NCBI GenBank assembly: GCA_028534125.1
Contig: CM052817.1
Span: forward strand, 53,198,001 to 53,262,000
Length of the DNA stretch: 64,000 nt
Direction of reading: 5' to 3'
DNA from: Lama glama
Taxonomy: Eukaryota
Part shown: in pieces, positions 1 through 12,001 of the stretch
Position numbering within the stretch: position 1 is the stretch's first letter
Layout of the letters: the number at the start of each line of letters is the position of its first letter
The notes under the pieces: model-generated
Told to the model about the DNA's origin: nothing
Database searches by the model: none
What the model saw: the letters and a program-made list of their open reading frames with translations, nothing else
Position numbers and translations under genes: made by a program

Positions 1-29
1 TGTATTAGATAAGGGAATAATATCTGGAG

Positions 30-328
30 TATAATAAATAACTCCTAACTTAATAATGGAAGAAGGATTTGTATAGACATTTCTCCAAAGAAGATATGCA
101 ACTGGCCAGCAAGCATATGAAGAGACACTCAAATCATTAGTCATTAGGGAAATGCAAACCCAACCCAGGATAAAATGCCACACTCACTTGGATGGTTAAA
201 ATACAAAAGACTGCAATGACAACTGCTGGTAAGGATGTGGTGACAGTGTAGCCCTCATACGTTATATACTTTAAGTGGTTTAGTTGTATGGTTATGTGAA
301 TCTTAGCTCAATAAAGCTGTTAAAAATA
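30..328 (+). mobile_element. Old L1 fragment (end of ORF2 joined to the extreme 3' end; internally deleted)
   Basis: AGACATTTCTCCAAAGAAGATATGCAACTGGCCAGCAAGCATATGAAGAG...CATTAGGGAAATGCAAA is the L1 ORF2 C-terminal signature; ends in TGTGAATCTTAGCTCAATAAAGCTGTTAAAAA. Confidence 0.85.
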
Positions 329-798
329 GTACAGAAATTTCTAATACACCCTTCATTCAACTTCTCTTCAAGTCAACAACAACAAAAATGTCTTACGTAA
401 GTACAGAACATATAGCAAAGCTAAGAAATTAACATCAGTGCACTATTTTCAATGAAAAGTACAGAACTAATTCAGATTTTATGCATTTTCCACTAATTTC
501 TTTCTTTTCTCTGATAATCCAGGATCCCCCATTAAATTTAGTTGTCCTTCAGTCTGTAACAGTTCTTCAGTCTTCCCTTATATTTATTACTTAGACAATT
601 TTCCAGAGTAACTGGCCAGTTACTTTGTAGAATATCCCAATTTGTATTTTTCTGATGTTTTCTCATGACTATGTTGAGTAATGCATTATTGGCAAGGACA
701 TTACAGAGACGATGTGCCCTTCTCAGGGGGCTCTACAATAACAATGTGATTTGATTTATCACTGGTTATGTTCATCTTTATCTCTTGGCTAAAGTGTA
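329..798 (-). mobile_element. Old L1 3' UTR (L1MC4/5-like)
   Basis: Motifs AAGAAATTAACAT, CCAGGATCCC..ATTTAGTTGTC and GGCCAGTTACTTTGTAGAAT match the antisense L1MC/ME 3' UTR as recalled. Confidence 0.65.
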
Positions 799-799
799 T

Positions 800-934
800 C
801 TGGGGTAATTAGAATGTTTTAAAACTAGATTGTGTTACAAAACTTTGTGTGTATACTAAAATGCCATTGAATTATACATATTAAATTAATGAATTTTATG
901 TTGTGTTAATTATAGTTAGTAAAGCTATTAAAAC
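800..934 (+). mobile_element. Old L1 extreme 3' end (L1MB/MC-like)
   Basis: AATGTTTTAAAACTAGATTGTG...CCATTGAATTATACA...GAATTTTATG...TAAAGCTATTAAAA. Confidence 0.75.
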
Positions 935-1499
935 AATGCACTTATGCCCACCTATATTAAGAGAGGTACATTTCTCAAGTTAAGTGGTAACAGTCCCAAC
1001 TTAATTTCTACTATTTGAATATCATCTAGTGTACTGCTAACAATTCTCACTATCAGAGTTAAGAAAGTGGAGCCCTATGAATATCTACAATTAAAATCTC
1101 TCCTAAAGATTGCAGTTAGGATAGGAACTGATCAATAAATTGCATCACATAAAGCAGTAGTTCACAAACACTGAGCCACGCAAAGCTCACCATTCTTTGA
1201 TGTAGAAAATTTACAATACAGTTTCTTTAGCCCACTTGCAGAGGTGTGTATCCAGGCCTAAGGCTGGACCCAGGAGGATCATCAGAAATGAGACCACTGT
1301 ACTTTACTAAATATTAGATATTTCTCCCCAACACAATGACAGCTTCTATGAATCCATGTGTTTAGTGCTCACTCCTTTAGGACACTCCTCTAACTCATTT
1401 CTTGTGATCTTCTAATGCTGTTTTCTCAAGGTTCCTGAACAACTATTCAGGCCATCCTCTACTGTCCAGGAAGCATGTGTGTTTCTTTGACTCAGGTCC

Positions 1500-3400
1500 C
1501 ATTTCCTCCTTACAAAGTGAGTATCCTAGTATATCCTTACAACTTTCTTCACTTATATTTACACTTCAGGACCACTCCTATGTGGGTTATATGTGGCAGC
1601 CATTTCATTTTCAGCCAGGAAATCATAGATTGTTTGACTCTATCTTTGAACCAAAACCCTACTTGTTCTGGTTTTTTTATTCAGTGAGACATTGGGAACT
1701 ACCTGGGAGAAAACAGGTACAAATTAAAGGACAGGCAGCAGTGCAACAGACGTGGGTGACATGAACATCGGTGCCATCGGTGCAAGTAACTTATTCATGC
1801 CATTTGGACCATCTGGGCCTCCATCAAAAATATGTCACTCCCATCCAGTGGCGGCTTGCTTCTCCACCCACCCAAACTTCGGTTTTGTAGACTTGGTAAC
1901 AGCCAGTTAAGGATGGGCAGTTCCCGGCACATCAACATTTATTGTTTCATGATCAGATGCTCAGTGTCACATAGATTTCAGCAGTATACCAGGAGTGACA
2001 TTTTAAAACACAGCTTGATGTAGAGAGCATGGCCTTGATTTATAACACTAAGGACTTATTCAGAAACCTCTCCTGCCCAGGACTACGCTTCATTCAATCT
2101 GAGTTACTCAACAAATAAGTAATACAGTCGGGTAAATGCTGCTCCAAAATTCAGAGATTTGTAATAATCACTGTGAATCTTTCCCATGGGTAGTGGCCGC
2201 TAGGTCTATTAACTAGCCTTTTAATTCATGGGGAAGATCCTGTCATGCCTCAGTAATTAGTCTCTTAAAACTACCATTGTGGCAGGGGTCTGCTGGGTAA
2301 CACCTCACAAATGACAGAGCAGCTTGTACTGAAGTACCACATTTTCAGTGCCCTCTCCTCTGAGTTCCATCAAAAATGGCAGCTCTCTGAGTTACCCACT
2401 GTGGTAAGCTGAGTAAAGGGCCCCCAAAGATGTCCATGTCCTAAGCTCTCAGACCTGTGATTATGTTGCATTACAAGCCAAGAGGAACTCTGCAGATCCT
2501 TCAAGTTAAGATCTTAAAATGAGATTACTACAGATTAACTAGGTAGAGAGAGATGATCACAGAGGCTTTATACAATAGAGGCAGGGTGATCCAACTCAGT
2601 AGAAGTTGTGGTGATGAGATCAAGAGGTCGGAATAAGGCCAGGAATATGTCAGAAGCAGAAGGACTTGAAAACCTGAGAAAAGACAAGGATACAAGTTCT
2701 TCCCTCAGGAGGTCTAAAGGAATGGCTCTTCCGACACCTTGATTTTAATCCAGCGGGAATGATTTGGACCACTGACTAGAAGATAAAAAATGTGTGCTGT
2801 TTTCAGCCACTAAGGTTTTAGTAATTTACTACAGGAGCAACAGGAAACTAACATACCCAATACATGATCTGGGCCTTTAGAGTAGAAATTGGTCTCCAAG
2901 CCCTGAGAGGCCTAACAGAAGCTGTCCTTCTCTTCTGGAGTTAGGAAAGGTGTTTGTTCTTTACCTTAGAGACAAGATCTCACTTAAGTTTTCATTAAAA
3001 ATGAAAGATCTTTACATTTCCAGAATATCCAGAGTACTTGCCATTTTCTGCCAACAGTCTACTAGATCGGTGTAATGTTCCTGGTAAGTGTCAAGACAAT
3101 TAAGTTTCCTTTGAAATAGATTGTGACAGAAAGCAAGGAATGTAGCTTACCCTTTTGGCAAAATGTAAATATATACTTGTACACCACTCTTTATTTCAGG
3201 TGCATGTGAACAGCTTTTGATCCTCTTTTACTTGGTATGTTATTGTTGTTCAATAATATCCACCACGATTTACATGGCATTTGCAGCAGTAAGAACAGTG
3301 AATTAAAAAGGAACTTAGCCTCTCCAACTGCAGTGGCTCTTTGTTCTTCAGGTCAGGAATTTATGGGAGGATTCTAAGTTGCTAAGAATATCCATGCCTA
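1500..3400 (-). mobile_element. Degenerate ERVL (class III) internal pol region (RT, connection, RNase H), interrupted by an MLT1D LTR
   Basis: Reverse-strand fragments match ERVL Pol: YIFTFCQKG-like (about 3150-3180), SKVKNK...GL (about 2910-2970), VQAAL...PADP (about 2285-2330), ELPILNWLL (about 1897-1923), GPNGMNKL (about 1787-1810). Many stops and frameshifts; boundaries approximate. Confidence 0.8.
2400..2855 (+). mobile_element. MaLR solo LTR, MLT1D-like
   Basis: Starts TGTGGTAAGCTGAGTAAAGGGCCCCCAAAGATGTCCATGTCCTAA and ends GCAACAGGAAACTAACATA; near-TSD CCCAC (2395-2399) / CCCAA (2856-2860). Confidence 0.85.
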
Positions 3401-5387
3401 ATATGCGCTCTTGAAGGGGGAAAATAACCTTCATAAGACAAAATCAGTTCAAGATTTAATTTATCACCCAGTCTCTAACCACCTATGTACTCACAGGGGA
3501 CTAAAATGGCTTTTCTAGTCCCTTGATAGCAGTGTCAGTTCAGAATAGATTTCCAACCTCTGTATCTAATCTGGGTATTCCTCTTTTCCCATTGTACAAT
3601 CATGGGAGGAATAGGATATATGTACTGTATATAACTGCAGTGGTATTTCAGAGTCCTTCCTCTTGGGGACTGACCTATCCTTTAAATTATGGCTTCTAGA
3701 AGTGAGAACTGACTTACGTCTAAAAATGGTGTGAGGTAACAAGGTTTTTCATTATGGTGTCCATTAACAACATTCTGCTTATAACAAATAAGTTGTTTAT
3801 CCAAGATTACCTAATTATTAAGTAGCAGAACCAAGAGTTGCACTCTAGCAGTGTAGATTTAGAGCTTCTGATTCACACTTCTTTTCTAATAGGGAAACAA
3901 CATATATCAAAAACAGGAAAAAATGTAGCAAGTTCGCTAAAGTACTATTATGGTTCTATAACTATGTAGCCATGAATAATGATAATGCAATTCTAAATTT
4001 GCCAATCTGTAAAGATGTTCAAACAAACAATTAAGTAAAGAGAATCAGGACAAAAAGTTTAAAGATATTGTAAGCCCTTATCTACAAATACAATTATATG
4101 GATATGCAAAAGTATATGGAATCTACTGTAACTGGCGATAACAACCATAAATTATTTTATTATGAAGTTTGTAAAAGGACAAAGGAGAGGATGAGACATC
4201 TTATAGGTCATGGCATCAATAGGACATGGTTTTAGGACAGGGAAAATTAACTTGATTTTAAGTAGAGAGTAAAGTCAGTATAGAGAGAACTATCAAAGGT
4301 GCAATGACTACAATAAAATTAATAAGGAATAATGTGAGGAATTTTTTCTCAATACTGTGCATATAACAATTCATTTCGTCCTCATAATAACTACATTAAA
4401 AAAATCTTGTCTTTATTTACTATAGAAAACTCAGGTTCAAAAGGAATAACTTATTCAGGGACTTCACTTTATGAGCCCACGTTTTGCTCTATCATACTAC
4501 AGCACACTGCTTCCTTTACTTGTCAGAGATAGAAGATGGGGGGAAAAAACACTTATACACTTCAACAATGCCAATTCCTCACCTGCAAAATCCAAAGCAA
4601 TCATCCATATCTGCAACTTAGTGCATCACTGCCCAAATTATTATGGGCTCTTTTCATTATTTTAATTTTTGAAAGGGTATCAGTGAAATTATTCTGAATA
4701 TCCAGTTAACATAGATCATCAGATACCATACCAAAGGACATTAATAATTAAAAATATCTTTACATTGACAGTAATTACAAATTGGTATTTATAAAGCCTT
4801 TAAGAACAATTTTAAATAAAAATGCTTTAGATGGGTGATTAAAATGTGAACCATCATTAGAAAGATCAAACACACAGTATCGCAGGAAGGAGTTCTAAAA
4901 TTACACACTTTGGAAATCAATGTTGGATCTCACTTTGCTTCCTAGACTTAAGAACAGCAGTTTCTGTCTTTAGATTGCTGTAATTAGCACTAGCCTCAGA
5001 TGCTCATTTACACCTTTGGCAGTCAAGGATGGGAAACTTGACTTTCACTGATGGTGTGTTATAATCACACCAGCTTGGAGCTTTTTCTTCCTTTTGATTT
5101 TTGTTGATAACATTCACAGCAACCTTCAAAAAAAACATCAAAAGTACAGTTCTCTTGAGTTAAATGTTTTAACTCAGAGACTCTCCAGAGTACATAGAAA
5201 ATTCATAATAAGATTTTAATTGATTGCCTTTTGTTTCCTTACTTTGTTGTTGGTCTCACATAGACAAATACAAAGAAAAAAATTAAAACAAAACAAAGTA
5301 ATATATCGCTGTAGAACAGTTTCTTCATATGTATATAACCTAAGCATTTCCCACAAATGCTGATTTTTAAGAAATAGAAAGTACTAA

Positions 5388-5452
5388 GAGAATTATAGGC
5401 CAATATCACTGATGAACATAGACGCCAAAATCCTCACCAAAATTTTAGCAAA
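5388..5452 (+). mobile_element. L1 ORF2 fragment running into the assembly gap
   Basis: Translates ENYRPISLMNIDAKILTKILA, the conserved L1 ORF2 Z/RT-start motif. Confidence 0.9.
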
Positions 5453-5952
5453 NNNNNNNNNNNNNNNNNNNNNNNNNNNNNNNNNNNNNNNNNNNNNNNN
5501 NNNNNNNNNNNNNNNNNNNNNNNNNNNNNNNNNNNNNNNNNNNNNNNNNNNNNNNNNNNNNNNNNNNNNNNNNNNNNNNNNNNNNNNNNNNNNNNNNNNN
5601 NNNNNNNNNNNNNNNNNNNNNNNNNNNNNNNNNNNNNNNNNNNNNNNNNNNNNNNNNNNNNNNNNNNNNNNNNNNNNNNNNNNNNNNNNNNNNNNNNNNN
5701 NNNNNNNNNNNNNNNNNNNNNNNNNNNNNNNNNNNNNNNNNNNNNNNNNNNNNNNNNNNNNNNNNNNNNNNNNNNNNNNNNNNNNNNNNNNNNNNNNNNN
5801 NNNNNNNNNNNNNNNNNNNNNNNNNNNNNNNNNNNNNNNNNNNNNNNNNNNNNNNNNNNNNNNNNNNNNNNNNNNNNNNNNNNNNNNNNNNNNNNNNNNN
5901 NNNNNNNNNNNNNNNNNNNNNNNNNNNNNNNNNNNNNNNNNNNNNNNNNNNN
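5453..5952. other. Assembly gap (exactly 500 N)
   Basis: Run of N; the round length suggests a placeholder scaffold gap. Confidence 0.99.
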
Positions 5953-6388
5953 GGCACTTGGTGAGCAGCTATTGATAAGGGAATTTATTTTTTTCCTATA
6001 AATTTAATGAAAACCACCCAAGTTATCCCTGTATTCTCATGTTTCTATTCTCCAGCTCTAATCCATAATCTCGTATACAGGAACATTGATAGCTTCTTCA
6101 TTCCACAGGATGTCACAGAGATCCACTACATTGATTCTATCATGCTGGCTAAACCTGTTGAGCAGGAAGTAGCAATTGTTTTCAATAGCTTGCTAAGATA
6201 CAGGTATGCTAGAGGTGGAAAATGAATTCCATGAGAAGTCAGGGTCCTAGAACCTCAATTAAATTCCCAGCAGTCAACTTGTCTAGTGTTTGTTAAGATT
6301 GCCCTTCAAAGGAAAAGGACAACTCTGCATTTAGCCTCTCCTACCACTTAAAAAGCACAAAGCTTAATGGGCCTCTTTAGAGCAAAGG

Positions 6389-6426
<38 letters not shown>

Positions 6427-7769
6427 TGTGTATATACATACATATACACACACACACACACACACACAGATATATGTGCATATATGTGTATATATGTGTG
6501 TGTGTGTGTATATATATATATAAAATTTTCACTTGCTACTTTTTTACCCATTTACTGAGTAAATTGAAAGGCTGACAATTTTGGATAGATCCCATAGGAA
6601 AAGACGTCTCTTAAATAGGAGCATATAACCCTGACATCTGGGCCATATAACTGAAATGATTTGATGGTGTTTGACCTATCTGTAGCTGATACAGATGTGT
6701 ATGTAGCCTACAAGATTTTGGAGCGAAACTTTCCCCTCTTCTCAAAAAACAAAACAAAACAAAACCAACCAAACAAAAAAACCCAAAACAAATAAACAAA
6801 CAAAAAAGCTCTTTTTTTAAGAAATAACTTCTGGCTGGCTACTGGGTCCTGGTAGGGACTGGCCACTTGACCACGGCTCAGTTTTTATCGTGAAGACTGA
6901 CCTGCCCATGACAAACCATGATGTTTTCTGACCTACTAGGCCCTATATTTTTAAGTATTCCACCATCAAGTGGAAGTGGTATACACCATCTCACGATAGA
7001 ACAGGTCCTAAAAGTACAAGTAAGCCATGTGAAAAATTATATCTGATTCTCATAGCTCCCATTTCTCCTACTTTTTTTCTTTCTCGATTTGCATAATGAT
7101 CTCATGGGAAATTTACTATAATTAATTTCCTGGGGACTAATAATTCAATTAGAGCCTACAGATGGTTGTAAACAATATGCTGTATATTTGAAAGCAGACA
7201 GCTACCTCACTATTTCACTGAAGAGTGGCTCTAAAAACAGTAGTGAATAAAAACTTCCCAAAAAAGGGTAATGACCTTGAGAAATCTATCTCATTATTTG
7301 TTTTTTTGGTTGAGGGGTGTGGGGAAGAAAAGCTATACAAAAGTATAAGTTATCATCAATTCATGGATAGATGATCAGGGACTCAGAAGGAATACAATTA
7401 GAAAATTGGTTACAAGAAAGTCTGGAAAGAAGTGTGAGATTATCTGTGTCCCACCTGAATGCTTGCCAAAGGTTAACTTCAGTAGAATGTATTAATGATC
7501 AGATGAAGACAATGCCCCAAACTGTGGGTGGAAATCAGCCACCCTTACCCTTACCCAGTGAACAAAGAGGCCATAACAGCAGGGATGGTGCTTAATGTTG
7601 GCTTAGTAACATGGACTTTGAAAATCCTCAATTATTGAAAAAGCTACCATGTTTTTGGCTTTCCAGGATAGCTCCATGTTATTAGGCAGAAGCACAATTT
7701 TTCTATTGTTTTATTTGTAAGTAAATACGATGAAGAGAGTTTATGTGAATTTCAAGTTAACAAGAGATT
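5953..7769 (+). mobile_element. Degenerate ERVL internal region (RT with YIDD>YIDS, RNase H, partial integrase region, 3' terminus)
   Basis: ORF 6007-6225 reads SPALIHNLVYRNID..IPQDVTEIHYIDSIML...EQEVA, matching the ERVL RT core. Downstream are LLAGYWVLV (about 6830-6855) and IKWKWY (about 6965-6982). Ends CAAGTTAACAAGAGATT just before the LTR. Confidence 0.9.
6390..6522. repeat. Compound (TA)n/(TG)n/(CA)n microsatellite inside ERVL pol
   Basis: Direct reading. Confidence 0.95.
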
Positions 7770-8110
7770 TGTTCTGGATTGTGCTTTGTCAGATTGGTTA
7801 ACCTGAACTTACATTTCCCTAAATCTCCTTCCCTATGTAGCCTTAGATTAGATTAGTCCAGAAAAGAAACTTGAAGAAAAAAAGAAGTAAAACATCAGCC
7901 ATTACTCTCTGAAGTTCTTTGTCAGATATGTTACAGAACAGATGAGGTGATAATTTGGCAGTTCTGGCTTATCCTCACTCACCCCTGTTCTTTATCCAGA
8001 TATTTTCCCAATGTTTGGTCCTGCTGACCAACAGCTGCCCTAAGCCCATTGGCAAGGTCTTATTTGAAGACTCATGGAGGTGATGGATAGAGACAGCAGC
8101 CTTATAAATA
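7770..8110 (+). mobile_element. ERVL 3' LTR (LTR41/LTR52-like), truncated by the adjacent L1
   Basis: Starts TGT right after the internal terminus; motifs CTACATTTCCC-like, CAGCCATTACTCTCTGAAG, CCTGCTGACCAACAGC. Confidence 0.65.
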
Positions 8111-8124
8111 CCATTCCAGGAGCC

Positions 8125-9378
8125 CAAAAAATTTGTGGAATGCAGCTAAAGAAATGCTGGGAGGAAAACTGATAACACTAATCGTTTACATTAGAAAATA
8201 CAAGTAAGAAAACAACAGAGAGAATTAAAAAACTGATAAAATTCTAAAAAGCTGACAAAAATAAAAAGAGAATAAGCCACCAATATCAGGAATTAAGCAG
8301 AAGAAATCACTACAGATCCTGCTGCAATAAAAAAAGATAGTAAGAGAATACTAAGAACAAGTTATACTCATAAATTCAACAATTTAGAAGCTTTATACTA
8401 ATTCCTTGAAATCCACAAACTAACATAACTCAAGATTAAATAAATAGCCTGAATAATTCTATAATCATTATATAAATTTCATGTGTAATTAAAACTCCCC
8501 CCAAAATAATATCCAGGCCCAGTGGTTTCCCTGGTGAATTCTACCAAACATTTAAATAAGAAATAACCCATATTTACATACAATCTCTTCCAGAAAATGA
8601 AAGAAAAGAAGTATTTTCCAACTCATTTTTTAAATTAGTATTACACTGATACAAAAACCAAAGATAGTGCCCTCCATCACCCTCCCAAAAAAGATAAAAC
8701 TAAAGACCAGTATCTCTCAACAAATTAAAAACGAAAACTCAAAAATATTAGGGATATATCAAATGTATCCCAGAGTAAATCAAAAACTTATGATCACACA
8801 CATACATAATGTACTCAAAATTTCATAGGAGCTTTTTTTTTTTTTGTAACAGGCAAAACTAGAAATAACACAGATGTCTTTAATGGGCAAAGAGTTAAAC
8901 AAATTGTGGAATATTCATACCATGGGACTCTACTCAACAGTAAAAAAAGAATAAACTATTCATATGTGCAACAACATGGATGAATCTAAAGGAATACAGG
9001 CTGAACAGAAATTTCCAATCTTCTTGAAATGACAAAAATATAGAAATAGAGAAAAAAATAGAGAAAAGAGTAATGGTTTCTGAAGGCGAGGCAGGGAGTG
9101 GGAGGTTGGTATTACAAAAAAAGAACAACAGGAAGGATCCTCCTGGTGATGGAACTCTGCTGTATCTTGACTGTAGCAATGGCAATATGCTGGTTGTGAC
9201 AATGCACCATCAATTTCTCTAGCCATTGTCCCTCTACCTCTATGTGCTGTACTATCAGTTTTTCATTATGTTATTATGGTGAGGGGGATGCACCTGGATA
9301 GAGGGAATACAGGCTACATCTGTACTGTTTCTTACAACTGAATATAAATTATCTCAAAATAAAAGGTTTAATTAAAAT
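8125..9378 (+). mobile_element. Old L1 (L1MC-like): ORF2 fragments plus 3' UTR, with internal deletions
   Basis: TTGTGGAATGCAGCTAAAG, CCAGGCCCAGTGGTTTCCCTGGTGAATTCTACCAAACATTTAA, GCAACAACATGGATGAATCT; 3' end CTTACAACTG...CTCAAAATAAAAGGTTTAATTAAAA. Confidence 0.88.
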
Positions 9379-9399
9379 ATACATTATCAGGATAATAAC

Positions 9400-10430
9400 T
9401 CATTCCTTGCAGTTATTCTTTACTTGATTTCAGAACATCACACTGTTGATTTTCCTTCTACATCCTCCTTTGTTACACTTGGAATCAAGTTCTAACCTGG
9501 TTATCCTTTTGCATAATTAGTTGTTCCAACTGCATCTTCTTTAATTACTTTCCTCATCTCCCTGATTTCTAAATCTTTGAGTACTCCAAGATGCAGTCCT
9601 GTCCCATACGTCTTATCTTTTCTATTTATATTTGTTCTTCTCAAGTAATTAATCCTTAAATACCATCTGTCTTCTGAGTCTCAAACATCTATCTCTACCT
9701 CCTACATTCCAGATAGTTGACTCTAGCTGCCTACCCAGTATCTCCACTTGGATGTTTGAGAAGCATCATAAATAGAATATTTCTAATATCAAACTCCAAC
9801 TCATCTCTAAAATGTGTTCCCTATCTCAGTAAAAGGTTGGGGTTTTTTTGTTTGTTTTTTTTGTTTGTTTGTTTTTGTTTAGTTTAGTTGCTGAGAAATC
9901 CTAGATTTATCTTTGACTCTTCTTTACTTTTTCATTACTGGAGTCCAAATTAACTAGAAATTCCTCTTCATTCTTAAAAAGATGTCAAGTATCCTATCAC
10001 TGCTTACCACACTCACTGCATCCATCATGCCAAAGCCACCATTATTTTCACTTGGGTTCTTACAATAACCTTCACATTTTTTTCTGCTTCTTTCTGCTTT
10101 CTCTGGCTCCCTTGTTGCTACCTGCTGCCCATCTTAACACAAGGACCAGAGTAAGATTTTAAATATATATCTGATGTTTACAAATTTGTTTTTTATTCCA
10201 CTTCCTTCCACTTCAGCTCCACTTCCCCCTGTAGACATCACCACCTTATAGAACATACATTTTTACTTACTTCCCTAATTTTTAAAGATCTCTTTCTTTC
10301 CTACCAAAGTATAATCAATGTCAAGGCAAAAGTTTTTGTCTATTTTGTTTCCTGAGAAATGCCCAGTGCAACAACATTTCCTGACAAATGGTTGAGATTG
10401 AATAAATATGTATTAAGTGCATGAATGAAA
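9400..10430 (+). mobile_element. L2 LINE 3' portion
   Basis: Pyrimidine-rich L2 motifs (ATCTCCACTTGGATGT, ATCTTTGACTCTTCT, CCAAAGCCACCATTAT) ending in AATAAATATGTATTAAGTGCATGAATGAA. Confidence 0.8.
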
Positions 10431-10469
10431 AACTACATGAATGAAATATAAAATTAACAAGGCCTGAAA

Positions 10470-10700
10470 ATGATCTGAATGTAAAACATGTGGAAGAGAA
10501 AGAAATTAATATGACACTGGGGTTTCTTGTCTGAGTGACTTACAAGGATTGAATGTTTTATTAAGTGAGAGACTCTGTAAAATGTTGGGGGTTGGTCAGA
10601 GGAAGACAATGATTTTGAACATGTTGGGTTCTATTCATGTCAATGAATCAGCATCAAACTAGCAATTAGAATCTATTATAAGAAGGAAAGCTAGCCTAAA
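10470..10700 (-). mobile_element. L2 fragment
   Basis: GGTTTCTTGTCTGAGTGACT and TTTTGAACATGTTGGGTT match antisense L2. Confidence 0.55.
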
Positions 10701-11965
10701 AGGTAGGTCATTTTTAAGCTTCTTAAACTATTTCAATTAAACATTTTTACTTTTCTGCTGTTTTTTTCCTTTCAGCATAATGTACATATGATGGGACAGA
10801 TTTTAACCCAATCTGTGGGTACGTTTGGGATTATAACTTAAAATGTAGGTTTTGCAGTTTCCTGAATACCTGTCTTGGGAAATCTGATGAGAACCTCAAA
10901 GATCTTTGCAAACTTCCTCAAGAACAGATAGAACTGATGACCACCTAGAAGTCCATCTGGCTACTGAAGGGGAGATAACATACAAACACACGTTCATATG
11001 CAGCAGATAAACCAAACACATAGTGGTTTAAGACAGGGTTTCTAAAAGAAAGTTGCAAAGACAAACAGCCACTCCAAATCATAGGCACTCATTTGCATTC
11101 TCCAGGGTGAGGAGAAGCAGGGATTTATTTATATTCATTAATGATTCTCCCAGTAGGCTAGACAGTAATTTAATAGAAGAATTTGAAAAAGTACATAATT
11201 AATTCAGAGCTTACAGTATTAGAGAAGCAGTTAACTATGAGTTTTAATACCTATGGACAGATTTTGATTATCAAGTCTGGCCCGTTAGAGTCTGGCCACA
11301 TTGCCTCTACTTGGGTCCACCACCATCTGAATAGTAATGCCTTCCTTGAAGCACAGAGAACTTACAGGTGAGATTTTATTTGGTAAGATGAGATTCCAGA
11401 CAACTATGGTTAGTTATTATCCAGTGAAACTCTGTTTTTTTTAAGGCTTGCTTTTTATCTGAAACCTCTGATGTTTCCAGTGTTAATAAGCTCTGGCTGC
11501 AGACACACTTCCTAGCCACCCAATTTACCTTTGTTAAATTTAACACTTCAGTGCTTTAGAAACACTTGATATCAATGCAATTGGATCACCTACTTAGACT
11601 TGGAGAAAGACATTACATGTAACATCCCACAGTTCCTTCTGTGTAACTAAGCAGTCAGTGTCTGGATCACATCCTCTTTCCCTCATGGTAAGCAGAGAAA
11701 AGAAAGAAAAGGAAGATTTAATTATGAACGGGCCTGAATAATAAAAACACTGAAGAATGTAGGACAGCCTCCCTAACAAAATGAAAATAAAGCTAGTGTG
11801 ATGCCTGATGGCAATAATTTTGACAAAACAATGGAACCCATTAGACTCAATTGCAAGGATATAGCTTTAGGGGAAAAATGAAAAACTCAAATTTAGTGCA
11901 TAGGATTTTCCTTCTCCCTAAATATCTAACTTATTTACTTCGCTCTCTTAAGAATATGACTCCTT

Positions 11966-12001
11966 GATTCAATTCTGGGTTTCGGTAGCAAAAAAATAAA
12001 A
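11966..12001 (+). pseudogene. Retroposed 3' fragment of a tRNA (tRNA-Phe-like) with A-tail and 16-bp TSD
   Basis: GATTCAATTCTGGGTTTCGGTAGCA aligns to the tRNA-Phe 3' end GGTTCGATCCCGGGTTTCGGCACCA (19/25, mostly transitions). Perfect direct repeats AAGAATATGACTCCTT at 11950-11965 and 12002-12017. Confidence 0.7.

Noticed and set aside
5412..5975. Long ORFs of 187 and 170 aa
   Set aside because: Artefacts of translating the 500-N gap.
10750..10825. Acceptor TTTTTTTCCTTTCAG and donor GG|GTACGT defining a 43-nt micro-exon
   Set aside because: No recognisable coding content or partner exons; such pairs are common by chance.
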